Source: a virus (taxonomy: Duplodnaviria; Caudoviricetes). Taken from it: a DNA stretch of 42,992 nucleotides. The stretch lies in IMG/VR virus record IMGVR_UViG_3300022181_000118, positions 1 to 42,992 of that record; one strand, 5' to 3'. Position numbers and translations under genes: made by a program. Below, piece after piece: positions 25,005-34,795 of this stretch; positions within the stretch are counted from its first letter, which is position 1, and each line of letters begins with the position of its first letter. The notes below the pieces were generated by a model. The model did no database searches. It was not told where the DNA came from and worked only from the letters and a program-made list of their open reading frames with translations.

Positions 25005-26472
25005 GTATGAATTGAACAGTCTGGGTTACGTTAAGGCCGGGCCGGACACATTCACCTATCAGATAGGTGAAACACTACATGAGGCACAGGAGCTCTTCTC
25101 TGACTCTATACAGAGCACAGGTAGAAGTAATGTGCAGCTTGTTAAGGTAGACAAGTTTAAGGTCTACCCTGCAGGTGCAAATAACCTTGAGCCTAATGAG
25201 CAGAAGGAGATGATTGCTTCTAACAGACTACTACCAGAACTTATTGAGAAGCAGATCCGCATGCTATATGGTACTGGTCCGGTTCTCTACATTACCAGGC
25301 GAAAGGGTAAGGATGTATGGAAGGAGTTTGTGGACCATACAGATATTCAGGACTGGCTTGATTCATGGCTGGAGAATGGCATGGCTGATGATTATAAAAC
25401 ATACTTTAATAAAGCCATTAGATCCTATTATTACGATGAGGGGGTATTCTCTAAATGGAGACTCTCTGCAGGTATAAGAATTGGGATTAAAAAGATTGCC
25501 GGATTGGAGCATGTTTCAAACTTAAGAGCAAGGCTTGCCACTACTGCTGATACAATTAACAGAGTGGATTTTGAAGACAATGAATTTAAGCACGTTATTA
25601 TAGGCAACTGGACACAACCAGGTAAGGAATATAAGGTCTACAATCGTTTCGATTATACAGATCCATTTGCTCATACAACTGCAGTCAGCTATTCGAAAAA
25701 CCCTAGTCATGGAGAAGAAATCTATGCATTTAACGTGTTTTTCAGAGGAATTAAAGCTTGGGTGATAGGCTCAAACAGAACTCCGGAATACATCAACAGT
25801 TTCCTTGAAAATGCTATATCTGCGAGGCTTCACATTATAATTCCAAATGCATGGGTACAGTCTAAGATAGAGATGCTTAAGGATATGTGTAATACAAATT
25901 CAGAGAGAAAAGCAGATAATCAATCTCTACTTGTGATTAAGTTTTCAGATACGGACGTGATGGATGTCGGCACTGAATACCATGAGGGTTTGATAGCTGA
26001 ATACACAACAAAAGAACTGCGTAAACTGGCCAACTATCTATCCGGAGCCGGCAAGAACCAGGGTAAATTGTATGCTTCATACAGCTTTACAAATAGTGAA
26101 GGTCAAGAGGAGCGTTGGAAAATTGAAGAGATTCCCAACAAATCCAAGGAGTATATTGAAGCTCATACAACCTATGATAAAAGAGCTGATGAGGTAATTA
26201 CTTCTGCAAAGGGTATTGATTCCTCAATTTCTAATATCTCGAAGGATGGAGTTATCAGCAAGTCCGGATCTGATGCGCATTACAATTACATGATATACCT
26301 GAATGGGCTTACCATTCCGGAGGATGTTGTTTGCCGGGACATCAATTTTGCCATTAAACTGAACTTTCCGGAAGCTTATAAAGCCGGTATCCGACTTGGT
26401 TTTTATCGCTCTGCAATTGAAAAACAACAGAATGTATCTGAAGATAACAGACTTACTAATACACAAGTATAG
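24988..26472 (+). CDS. Portal protein
   Basis: 494 aa after terL; G.NNLEP, LYGTGP, L.GAGKNQGK, KSGSD patterns; size and position. Confidence 0.7.
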   Translation: MKKGTKYELNSLGYVKAGPDTFTYQIGETLHEAQELFSDSIQSTGRSNVQLVKVDKFKVYPAGANNLEPNEQKEMIASNRLLPELIEKQIRMLYGTGPVLYITRRKGKDVWKEFVDHTDIQDWLDSWLENGMADDYKTYFNKAIRSYYYDEGVFSKWRLSAGIRIGIKKIAGLEHVSNLRARLATTADTINRVDFEDNEFKHVIIGNWTQPGKEYKVYNRFDYTDPFAHTTAVSYSKNPSHGEEIYAFNVFFRGIKAWVIGSNRTPEYINSFLENAISARLHIIIPNAWVQSKIEMLKDMCNTNSERKADNQSLLVIKFSDTDVMDVGTEYHEGLIAEYTTKELRKLANYLSGAGKNQGKLYASYSFTNSEGQEERWKIEEIPNKSKEYIEAHTTYDKRADEVITSAKGIDSSISNISKDGVISKSGSDAHYNYMIYLNGLTIPEDVVCRDINFAIKLNFPEAYKAGIRLGFYRSAIEKQQNVSEDNRLTNTQV

Positions 26473-26474
26473 AT

Positions 26475-27344
26475 ATGAACGCAATTGACTTTTTCGATAA
26501 TATTGACGACTTCAGATCTTTCGCACCAGGTGTTGATGGTACCTTACAGTTGGATTCATTATATCCATCGTTTTTACCATCAAAAAAGCGAATTCAGGAT
26601 GTAATCACTGTAGGGGTGTATGACGCAATTAATGAAGACTGTGCTTTGGAACAACCGCAACACCTCATAGCAATTTTAGCTATCAAATCTGCCATTGCTA
26701 ACTACACAATGTATAAGTACAAGATTTTTGATGCTGTCAGTAAAAACGGCAGCGAGCAGAAACTGTACAAGTATCAGCTAGATGAGATAAAGGAAGAGTA
26801 CATAACCATGTTTTGGGCATCAATGGATGAGCTTCTGAGGTATCTGGAGAGTCATGAAGATCTTGGTTCATGGAAGGATTCTGATCAGTATAAGCAAAGG
26901 GCTGAGTTGCCAATTAAGGATGCCAGGGAGTTTAACAGTTACTTTGGAATTGATAATTCGCCATACTTCTTCTCAAAGGTTCAGTTTTTAATTAAAAAGA
27001 TCAACCAGGATCAAATTATTCCAAGGGTCGGAGATCTCGCTTCCCTCACTAATGAAAAGCTTAAGGATAAGTGCAAAAGAGCCCTTTGCAGTCACGTTAT
27101 GGCAGATGCTGCTGTTCTTTTTGATATTACTGAACTTCCAAAAAGCATAAGAAACGATGTTGCACATGAATTCACAAAGGGAGGGACTGCTGTTCAGGTT
27201 AGAGAGAAGCTAAATGCCATTATCATGAAGGATGTTTTGTCATACTATTCCGACATAGAGAGGGCAAAGAGTGTCTCATCCGGAGTAACTGAAAATATCG
27301 TTAATAATAATCGTGAAAACGATAAAATATATGTTATGTCATGA
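26475..27344 (+). CDS. Putative head-tail adaptor
   Basis: Directly follows the portal; helical; positional inference. Confidence 0.5.
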   Translation: MNAIDFFDNIDDFRSFAPGVDGTLQLDSLYPSFLPSKKRIQDVITVGVYDAINEDCALEQPQHLIAILAIKSAIANYTMYKYKIFDAVSKNGSEQKLYKYQLDEIKEEYITMFWASMDELLRYLESHEDLGSWKDSDQYKQRAELPIKDAREFNSYFGIDNSPYFFSKVQFLIKKINQDQIIPRVGDLASLTNEKLKDKCKRALCSHVMADAAVLFDITELPKSIRNDVAHEFTKGGTAVQVREKLNAIIMKDVLSYYSDIERAKSVSSGVTENIVNNNRENDKIYVMS

Positions 27345-28339
27345 TTACAAAACTTGAAAAAAGGCTCCTTGGAGCTTCAAATAACGTGAAATTCCCCAAC
27401 TCATGGGAAGAACTGGATCCTGTCCAGTTTGTAACTGTCATATGCATCCTTCTTGAGTATAAAGCAAAAAAGTTTGATGTGAGAGAGCTTCAATTGAGGC
27501 TTTACACAGAGCTTTCGAACATTAATTCTCGCAGGATCCTCAGACATGACTATGAATGGTTTGAAAAAGAGATTTTTCGCAATCTAGACAAGATGAACTT
27601 CTGCTTTAAGTTCGTCTATGATGATCCCCGATTCAAGAACCTGGATCCAAAGATGCAGGAGCGACTTAGAAAGACCAATCCAGAGAAGATTGTGGATGAA
27701 CCTGAGGCAGTTATTGCCTCAAAGTTTCAACGAACTGTCGAAATTGATGCTTCTATCTGCAAACAGCTTATCCCAAATCTTTTTGTTGGATTAAAAAAGT
27801 ATCCTGGTTATTTATTTGATCGCAGGGGAGATATCGTTAATACCTCGATAACAGCTGAACAGTTCATAGATACACTGACAATATTGTCTTTGATAGCATC
27901 TCAGGGGCCGGATGAATATATTGATTTGCTATTGGCAACTCTATACTGCCCTGGTAGCTACACCTCACAAAAAGCCAAAGAACTCTCTCCAAAGTTTAAA
28001 AAACTCAATCCGGCAATAAAATTCGCTGTTGTATTCAATTTTGAATCAATACTGTCATGGTTGACTTCTGAAACCAAATATGTGATTCTTTTTAACAAGA
28101 ATAAGCCGAAAAAGCAGGACAAACAGTCCCTAGGATTCAATTCAATAGTCTATACAATGACAGAAAAAGGATATGGAAACATTAGGGAGATCTCTAGCCT
28201 GAATCTGATTGAATTCTTTGAGTTGATGTATAAGAACCTGGTTGATTCAATTCACCAGCTCAATGATTCGAAAATGAATAAGCAGGAGATCGCCAAGAAG
28301 CTAAAACTTACTGTTGAACAAATAAATCAATTCGTATGA
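27341..28339 (+). CDS. Hypothetical morphogenesis protein (possible tail assembly chaperone)
   Basis: FPNSWEEL N-terminal motif; between adaptor and tape measure. Confidence 0.5.
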   Translation: MITKLEKRLLGASNNVKFPNSWEELDPVQFVTVICILLEYKAKKFDVRELQLRLYTELSNINSRRILRHDYEWFEKEIFRNLDKMNFCFKFVYDDPRFKNLDPKMQERLRKTNPEKIVDEPEAVIASKFQRTVEIDASICKQLIPNLFVGLKKYPGYLFDRRGDIVNTSITAEQFIDTLTILSLIASQGPDEYIDLLLATLYCPGSYTSQKAKELSPKFKKLNPAIKFAVVFNFESILSWLTSETKYVILFNKNKPKKQDKQSLGFNSIVYTMTEKGYGNIREISSLNLIEFFELMYKNLVDSIHQLNDSKMNKQEIAKKLKLTVEQINQFV

Positions 28340-28875
28340 TACTAGAGAATACCTTCTTATTTTTTGCAAGGTATCCGGATCATGCCGGAGTGATGAAGAA
28401 CTTCAATAAAAAATCTCTTGCAGAAAATTATAATGCCTTTAAATCAAAAGCAGAGGCCTTATCTGTAAAATCAAAGTATCCGGAGATTGCAGACTATGTA
28501 TTTGGAGTGTCTGATGATGCTGTTAAAAAGAGAATAACTGCCATTACTGGTTTATATCTTTTTGTTGATTATGGCAACATTAGAACAACTGAAAATCAAC
28601 TAAAAGTCAAGAAAGATAACTTCGATTTATCAGTCACTATTGCCAAGCCTTTTTCATCCAACCTTGGTATGGACTCAATTGAAGAAATTGTGATAATTGA
28701 CAGAACTCTTGAGCTCCTTAAGCTCATCAGAAATGACATTATGGCCATTAAGGATGACCCATTTGTCAAGATGCTGACTCTTCCAACTGATATAATTCCA
28801 TTTTCATCCAGAGAACTGAATAATAGTTATGGTTTCAGCATGATATTTCAACTTGAAGGAATTGATATGATTTAG
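28336..28875 (+). CDS. Putative tail completion/terminator protein
   Basis: 179 aa alpha/beta ending YGFSMIF; positional inference. Confidence 0.45.
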   Translation: MILENTFLFFARYPDHAGVMKNFNKKSLAENYNAFKSKAEALSVKSKYPEIADYVFGVSDDAVKKRITAITGLYLFVDYGNIRTTENQLKVKKDNFDLSVTIAKPFSSNLGMDSIEEIVIIDRTLELLKLIRNDIMAIKDDPFVKMLTLPTDIIPFSSRELNNSYGFSMIFQLEGIDMI

Positions 28876-29210
28876 TGATGGGAAAGAAGATTGGTTTTGC
28901 TGCTCGGAATGATGAGCCGGCTGATGAGGTTGGAGAAAAGGATAAAAGACCAAGGAAGGAGCCGGATCCATTGAGCTTTGAACTATTGGACAGCTTTTGT
29001 AGGAAATATATCCCTGCGGAGGATATTAAGCATGCAACCAACCAATTTACTACAGAGGAGATCACCAGGGCGATATCAATTTTTACAAGTGACAAATACA
29101 TTTCAAGTGGCCACGTTAAGAATGCAATGCTTCAAAAGGGATACAAGTATACTGTTGAAATAGAGTCTTTCAGGCTTGTTTTTAAATGGATTGTAAAGGA
29201 GAGATTATGA
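28875..29210 (+). CDS. Hypothetical protein
   Basis: 111 aa; coupled to genes on both sides. Confidence 0.6.
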   Translation: MMGKKIGFAARNDEPADEVGEKDKRPRKEPDPLSFELLDSFCRKYIPAEDIKHATNQFTTEEITRAISIFTSDKYISSGHVKNAMLQKGYKYTVEIESFRLVFKWIVKERL

Positions 29211-29599
29211 TATCAGGTGGTGCGATAAAAACTCAATATGTCCGGGAGATCCTTGAGAGGGATGCTAAGTTTATCAATGAAACTCAAGGTAAGGTTATCT
29301 CTGAGAATTTAAGGAGAGTATCAGGTCGCTTACTAAGGTCCATTTACAGAAAAGACTTCCAGATCCAGGCTGATGATAACAGAATGATGCTCCAATTTAA
29401 TTATTTGAGATATCTCCGTTTTCTGGACATTAAGAGCTCAATGGATAAATTTAAGAATAAGGAACTGCGTTCAAAATTGGCTCTTTATAACCGGGTAATT
29501 TATGGCCGACTGTATAATGAAACTCGCTCTGACATAAAGTATGGTTTGACAGAGCAGGTAAAGGAAAGGATAAGAACTGAACTCGAAAAAGCAATATGA
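29207..29599 (+). CDS. Putative neck/tail-completion protein (basic)
   Basis: ATGA overlap at 29207; SGRLLRSI and YLRFLD motifs; directly before the tape measure. Confidence 0.55.
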   Translation: MISGGAIKTQYVREILERDAKFINETQGKVISENLRRVSGRLLRSIYRKDFQIQADDNRMMLQFNYLRYLRFLDIKSSMDKFKNKELRSKLALYNRVIYGRLYNETRSDIKYGLTEQVKERIRTELEKAI

Positions 29600-29600
29600 T

Positions 29601-32600
29601 ATGGGTAAGCTAAGAGATGATGAAATAAAGTTTATACTGAACCTGGAAGCAAAAGGACTCCAGGCAGAGATTGGTAAGTCTTCAGCTGCAGTTAAAAAGT
29701 TTGCCCAGGAGAATAAAGCCCTTCAGGCAGAAATGGATCTTGCTAACAAATACCTGAAGGGAACTGAACGACAAATGAAGTCCCTGGAGAGAGCCGGTAA
29801 AACAAACACATCTGCTTATCAAGAACTAAAGGCAACTTATGAAACAACCAAAAACGAAATTGCTGATTACAATGAAAGAATCATTGAGAACAGCTCCCTT
29901 ATTGATAAGAATAACGAGGTTATAGAGAGGTCTTTAAAGCAGCTAAAGCTTGAGGAAATGACAATGTCACAACTCAAAAACCGGGCAAAGGATCTGCAGA
30001 AACAGTTGGATAATACTTCACTGGCGACAGATCCTGAAGAGTACACGAAGCTTCAAAAAGAATTGACACAAGTTGACAATAGAATGTGGCAGTTAAAAAA
30101 TACCGGAAAAGGGATGATGTCTCAACTAAGCTCAATTCCAGGTCCTGCTGGCCAGGCAGTTCAAAGTTTGATGGGGATGGGTAAGGCAATGATGGCTCTT
30201 GTTGCCAATCCTGTAGGAGCAGTAATAGCAGCTATTGTGTTAGTGTTTATGGCATTTAAGAAAGCAATCAACTCTTCTGAAGAAGCCACATTCAAACTCA
30301 ATCAGATACTTGCTCCTTTGACAAAATTCCTTCAATTCTTGCTGAAGATCCTGCAGGATCTGGTCATTGGTTTTTTGAATTTTGCTGAAGCTGCGTTTTC
30401 CGGCATTTCAAAATTGCTTGAAAAGCTACCATTTGTCGGTGAAAAAATGAAAGAAATCAATGATACTGCACGTGACGCAATAAAATTAGAAAAGGAAAAA
30501 CAGGCATTACAGCGACAAGAAAGGGAGTGGATTGTAGGAAGGGCTCAGCTTGAAAATGAGGTAGCAAAAAATAGGGATAAGGCTTATCAAAGAGACAAAT
30601 ATTCAGTCCAGGAAAGACTCGGATTTCTTGATGCTGCACTTACTGCAGAGAAAAAAATATCGGAAGAATCAGTTCGCCAGGCTAAAGAGAAATTGAGAAT
30701 CGCCCGAATTGAAGCTGCCCGAGCAGGAAATACATCTGAAGTAGAGAAAAACCTTAAAGAACTTGAAGCTGCTGTGATACAGTCGGAAACCGAAATGTAT
30801 GAAAAAACAAGAGGAATACAGGAAAAGAAAAATGCATTTATAGCAGAGGAAAGGCGTAATGCCCAGGAAGCAGCAAAAGAGGCAATTCAGAGGCAGAAAG
30901 ATGCACTTGATACACAATTGAACAATCTGGAGACAAACTATAATAACAGGGTTTCTGTAATCAAAAAGAATGGTATTCTGATGGGACAAACAGATAACGA
31001 AATAAATCTTCTGACAGCACGCCAGGATAAAAAATTCTTCCAGGACAGAATACAGTCACTTAAGGAATATTTGAAAAAAGTCAAAGATGAAAAGCTCAGA
31101 AGCGAAATATTAAAGAAGATCTCAGACGATGAACTAGCTATTGTGGAATCGCAAAAAAATTCAGACAATATTAAGCTGGGGATAATAAAAGATGGCTTAG
31201 ACAAAAACCTGAAGCTCCTGGACAATGCATACAGTGTTCAGAAGTTGACATTTGATAATGCATTGGCCGATCGAAAAATCTCTCAAGAGCAATATGATAC
31301 ACTAATGCTTCAGTTAGATGAGCATACTGCAGATAGCAGGGTGTTGATTGTTCAGGGTTATAAAGATGATGTTGTTGCGCTGGAGCTTGAGACAGGCGCA
31401 TTAAAAGAGCAGGCTGTTATCGATGCAAATACACTAGTTATCCAGGCAGAAACTGAGGCAGCGGATAAGAGGAAAGCCATATATGAGACTATAACTAATT
31501 CAACGCTTGACTTCAAGCAACAATTTGGATTACTGACCTACGATGAAGAGATAAAGCTGCAGACAAAAATTCTTGAAGATGTCTACAAGGCTAAGAAGGA
31601 ATTTCTTGAAAAAGAGGGTGCGGATACGAGTGCTCTCACTGCAGCCTACGAGCAGGCAAAGACAAACATTGCTTTAAATTCTGAACAGGACAGATTTAAT
31701 TTAAGAAAGTCATTAAACATATCAAATTGGGCTGAAGAGTTTGAGATGCAAAAGCTGCAACTAGATCAGTTGCATAAAGCCGGGATGCTCTCTGAAGAGG
31801 AGTATCAGGCAGCTCTCAAAAATATGAAAATGTCTCAGGCAAAGGAGTACTTTGATTATTATCTTGGGCTGGGCAAAAATGCAGTTAGCGCTTTTATGGA
31901 CGCTGAAATATCCACTATGGAGGCAACATATGATGAGAAGATTGCTGCAGCAGGAGATAATAATGAAGAGGTTGAGAGGCTTGAAAAAGAAAAGGCTCAA
32001 AAGAAGCTTGATATTGAAAAGAAATATGCCGATGTCAATTTCGCAATTAAGGTTGCAGAGATTATTGCAAATACTGCAGTTGCTATTATGCAGGGTTTTG
32101 CTCAGCTTGGACCAATTGGAGGTGCTATTGCTGCTGTACTGATGGGCGCGACTGGTGTGGCCCAGGTGATATCGGCAAATGCTGAAAGGAGAAAAGTAAA
32201 AGCAATGACCCTTGATAGCGCAGGATCTTCTTCTCCTCCTCAACAAAGAGTAGTTACCGGTAAAGAAGATGGAGGATATATTAATGTTACAAGAGAACAA
32301 GACAAGAAGCGTTTCTGGGCCAAAAAGTCAAAAAAATCAAAAGGATATTTTAACGAACCAAGCCTACTGGTGTCAGAAGGAGGTACTGAATTTGTTGCCA
32401 ATGCTGCAGCTGTATCAAACAAAAGCATCAAGCCATTTTTGGACTTGATAAATAATGCCCAGGAGGGAGGATATGTAGAGCAGCTTAATATGGATGCTAT
32501 ACTTAGTGCTGTTAAACCATCCGGAAAGGGGTATGAATCTGGAGGATACGTACAGCCACAACAGACTGCTCCGGTAATTCCCAATTTTGGGAATCAAATT

Positions 32601-32741
32601 GATCATGATTTACTTACTGAACTCATTTCTCTTCTTCAATATTTAAAAAGAAATGGAGTAAAAGCAAAGGTGGTGCTCTCAGAACTGCAGGAGCAAACAG
32701 AACTTCAAGAATCAAGTAATAACCTAGCTTCAAAATCATGA
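29601..32741 (+). CDS. Tail tape measure protein
   Basis: 1046-aa coiled coil; ANPVGAVIAAIV and LGPIGGAIAA hydrophobic segments; G.E.GGY motifs. Confidence 0.9.
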   Translation: MGKLRDDEIKFILNLEAKGLQAEIGKSSAAVKKFAQENKALQAEMDLANKYLKGTERQMKSLERAGKTNTSAYQELKATYETTKNEIADYNERIIENSSLIDKNNEVIERSLKQLKLEEMTMSQLKNRAKDLQKQLDNTSLATDPEEYTKLQKELTQVDNRMWQLKNTGKGMMSQLSSIPGPAGQAVQSLMGMGKAMMALVANPVGAVIAAIVLVFMAFKKAINSSEEATFKLNQILAPLTKFLQFLLKILQDLVIGFLNFAEAAFSGISKLLEKLPFVGEKMKEINDTARDAIKLEKEKQALQRQEREWIVGRAQLENEVAKNRDKAYQRDKYSVQERLGFLDAALTAEKKISEESVRQAKEKLRIARIEAARAGNTSEVEKNLKELEAAVIQSETEMYEKTRGIQEKKNAFIAEERRNAQEAAKEAIQRQKDALDTQLNNLETNYNNRVSVIKKNGILMGQTDNEINLLTARQDKKFFQDRIQSLKEYLKKVKDEKLRSEILKKISDDELAIVESQKNSDNIKLGIIKDGLDKNLKLLDNAYSVQKLTFDNALADRKISQEQYDTLMLQLDEHTADSRVLIVQGYKDDVVALELETGALKEQAVIDANTLVIQAETEAADKRKAIYETITNSTLDFKQQFGLLTYDEEIKLQTKILEDVYKAKKEFLEKEGADTSALTAAYEQAKTNIALNSEQDRFNLRKSLNISNWAEEFEMQKLQLDQLHKAGMLSEEEYQAALKNMKMSQAKEYFDYYLGLGKNAVSAFMDAEISTMEATYDEKIAAAGDNNEEVERLEKEKAQKKLDIEKKYADVNFAIKVAEIIANTAVAIMQGFAQLGPIGGAIAAVLMGATGVAQVISANAERRKVKAMTLDSAGSSSPPQQRVVTGKEDGGYINVTREQDKKRFWAKKSKKSKGYFNEPSLLVSEGGTEFVANAAAVSNKSIKPFLDLINNAQEGGYVEQLNMDAILSAVKPSGKGYESGGYVQPQQTAPVIPNFGNQIDHDLLTELISLLQYLKRNGVKAKVVLSELQEQTELQESSNNLASKS

Positions 32742-34750
32742 GGATAATAACCGATAAAGGACAGTATGATCTGCCGGCCAATTTTGTACTTGAGATTGAG
32801 AGGAAAAATCCATTCTTTTCCAAGATTGGAGAAAAGAGCATTCCGGTTACTCTGCCAATTACTCCTAATAACTTAAAGATAATTGGTTATAATAAATTGG
32901 ATTCGAAGAACAAGCCAGTGACCTCTTTGGATGTACTCATTGAGGATGGAGTGACCAGACTATTCGCTAAGCAAGTAATCCATAAAACATCAAAAGAGGG
33001 GATATCCACAACATTTTATCCAAACATAGGAGCATTCTGGACAAAAATTAAGGATAAGAAGCTCAAGGATGTAATGGCCCAGTACACATATACAAGCGAG
33101 ACGTTGATGGCGGACCTTCAGAATTCGATGAAATCTACAGCTGGTTATGATTTCGTAGTCTTCCCCGTTGCATGTAATAATGGAAGTGATGACTATTTTA
33201 TATTGAATCAGACTGAAAATGTAGACTCCGGAGGAACTCCTTATCTAATTGGGCGCAAAGCCAGAACAATTAAAGAGGGTGATAAGGATACTGTTGTCCC
33301 GATTAACTATGGTATTACTCCGTTCTTAAGGCTACATTCGGCGTTGACAATGGTAGTGTCGCACTTTGGTTACTCAATTGATAATAACTTTCTATCAGGA
33401 TCTGCATTTAAAAATTTGTGTTTACTGAATAACTCTGCAGATACTGTCGTAATTAATAGAATTGAATATTCGCAGATTGTTCCAAATTTAAGTGTTCAGG
33501 ACCTTCTGGATGTGATTAGAGCAGCTTTTGGATGCGAATTTATTCCTGATGAGGCCAATAAAACTATTTCTATCTCATTTTTTAAGGATCAATTATCACA
33601 TATCCCATCAATTGATCTCTCAGGAGTAAAGGCAGGAGAGTTTGATTATGACTTACCATCTTTCGCTCAACTAGTCATAAATCAAGATGCCTCTATAGAA
33701 AACGCAGCTCCTGAGACAGATACTCTTGAAAAGTTTATTGATAAGTATAAATCAGTAGGAGCTGTAAATGAAGTTGAATGGGCAGACCAAGCCATTATCA
33801 GTAGATATAGTGCTGTTTTAAGACTCGCTGAAGGTCGCTTTTACTCAATAGAATTTGATGGCATAAACACCAGGAGAGAGCCGGTTAGCTCATCCTTTTT
33901 TAACTATAACAAAGGAGGTGATCTTACTTCTCAGGAGATTCAACTTAAAAACACAGCTGTACCGGTAGTTCAGGTTGGATCTATTCTTATGCCATTTGTT
34001 GGTAATATACTTCATGTCAATACAGCAATAAAAGAGAAGTCAGGTGAGACCAAAGAGGAGAAAAAAGACTCCTCAAAATTTGCTATGCTGTGTTTTGCGA
34101 AATTCGGGACAATAGGTAGCCTTCAGTACTCTTACGGTTCTCCATTTAATTACGATGACAAGGGAGTTAGGGATGGAGATTACAGTCTTCAGACATGGGG
34201 AGCAGATGGTATATTCCATAGGTTCTATAAGCAGATGGATTCATTTTATCGTCATTCTAATATGATTGTCTCTGTTGATATCCTTTTGACAGAAGCACAG
34301 AAAAATAATGTTTCTGAAATACAACCACTGCTTATTAAAAACCAGCTCTTACTTCCGGATTCAATAGCATATACAATTGGACGGAGGCTGCAAAAAAAGT
34401 GCTTGTTCAGGACTGTCAAGTTCTATGAGCCATATAATTTACAGGAGGAGCAATCAATTCCGTCCTTAATAACTGATCATACTTCATCAATTTTCTTTTG
34501 GGAGTATAATGATGATAGTGCAGCTGTGGTGCCTCAGACTCAAGGTTTGGATGAATACATATTTAGGCTGAATGGAGAAATAGTGCAGCCAGTAGCATCT
34601 CCAACTGCTCAGCAGTATGCGGATAGCCAAGATGGAGTCAAGTTTTATGAAAATACTGTATCAATAATTATTGAGCATTATGTGATGAGTAACTTCTTGG
34701 ATGAGTTTGAGAGAACGCTCTCTTACTGGTATACTGTAGCAGAAAAATAA
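32738..34750 (+). CDS. Tail tip/hub protein
   Basis: 670 aa, beta-rich, translationally coupled to the tape measure. Confidence 0.65.
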   Translation: MRIITDKGQYDLPANFVLEIERKNPFFSKIGEKSIPVTLPITPNNLKIIGYNKLDSKNKPVTSLDVLIEDGVTRLFAKQVIHKTSKEGISTTFYPNIGAFWTKIKDKKLKDVMAQYTYTSETLMADLQNSMKSTAGYDFVVFPVACNNGSDDYFILNQTENVDSGGTPYLIGRKARTIKEGDKDTVVPINYGITPFLRLHSALTMVVSHFGYSIDNNFLSGSAFKNLCLLNNSADTVVINRIEYSQIVPNLSVQDLLDVIRAAFGCEFIPDEANKTISISFFKDQLSHIPSIDLSGVKAGEFDYDLPSFAQLVINQDASIENAAPETDTLEKFIDKYKSVGAVNEVEWADQAIISRYSAVLRLAEGRFYSIEFDGINTRREPVSSSFFNYNKGGDLTSQEIQLKNTAVPVVQVGSILMPFVGNILHVNTAIKEKSGETKEEKKDSSKFAMLCFAKFGTIGSLQYSYGSPFNYDDKGVRDGDYSLQTWGADGIFHRFYKQMDSFYRHSNMIVSVDILLTEAQKNNVSEIQPLLIKNQLLLPDSIAYTIGRRLQKKCLFRTVKFYEPYNLQEEQSIPSLITDHTSSIFFWEYNDDSAAVVPQTQGLDEYIFRLNGEIVQPVASPTAQQYADSQDGVKFYENTVSIIIEHYVMSNFLDEFERTLSYWYTVAEK

Positions 34751-34751
34751 T

Positions 34752-34786
34752 GTCCTTTTAGAACGAGATTTCATTTGTGATTTTTG
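34752..34786 (+). promoter_or_regulatory. GTCCTT-N21-nAnnTTTG promoter, copy 5 (fibre/lysis genes)
   Basis: GTCCTTT at 34752, GATTTTTG at 34779-34786. Confidence 0.75.
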
Positions 34787-34795
34787 TATAGAAAT

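Noticed and set aside
29974-32841. Antisense and alternate-frame ORFs within the tape measure gene (and similar ones in other long genes)
   Set aside because: Shadow ORFs fully overlapping well-supported genes, with no protein-like motifs
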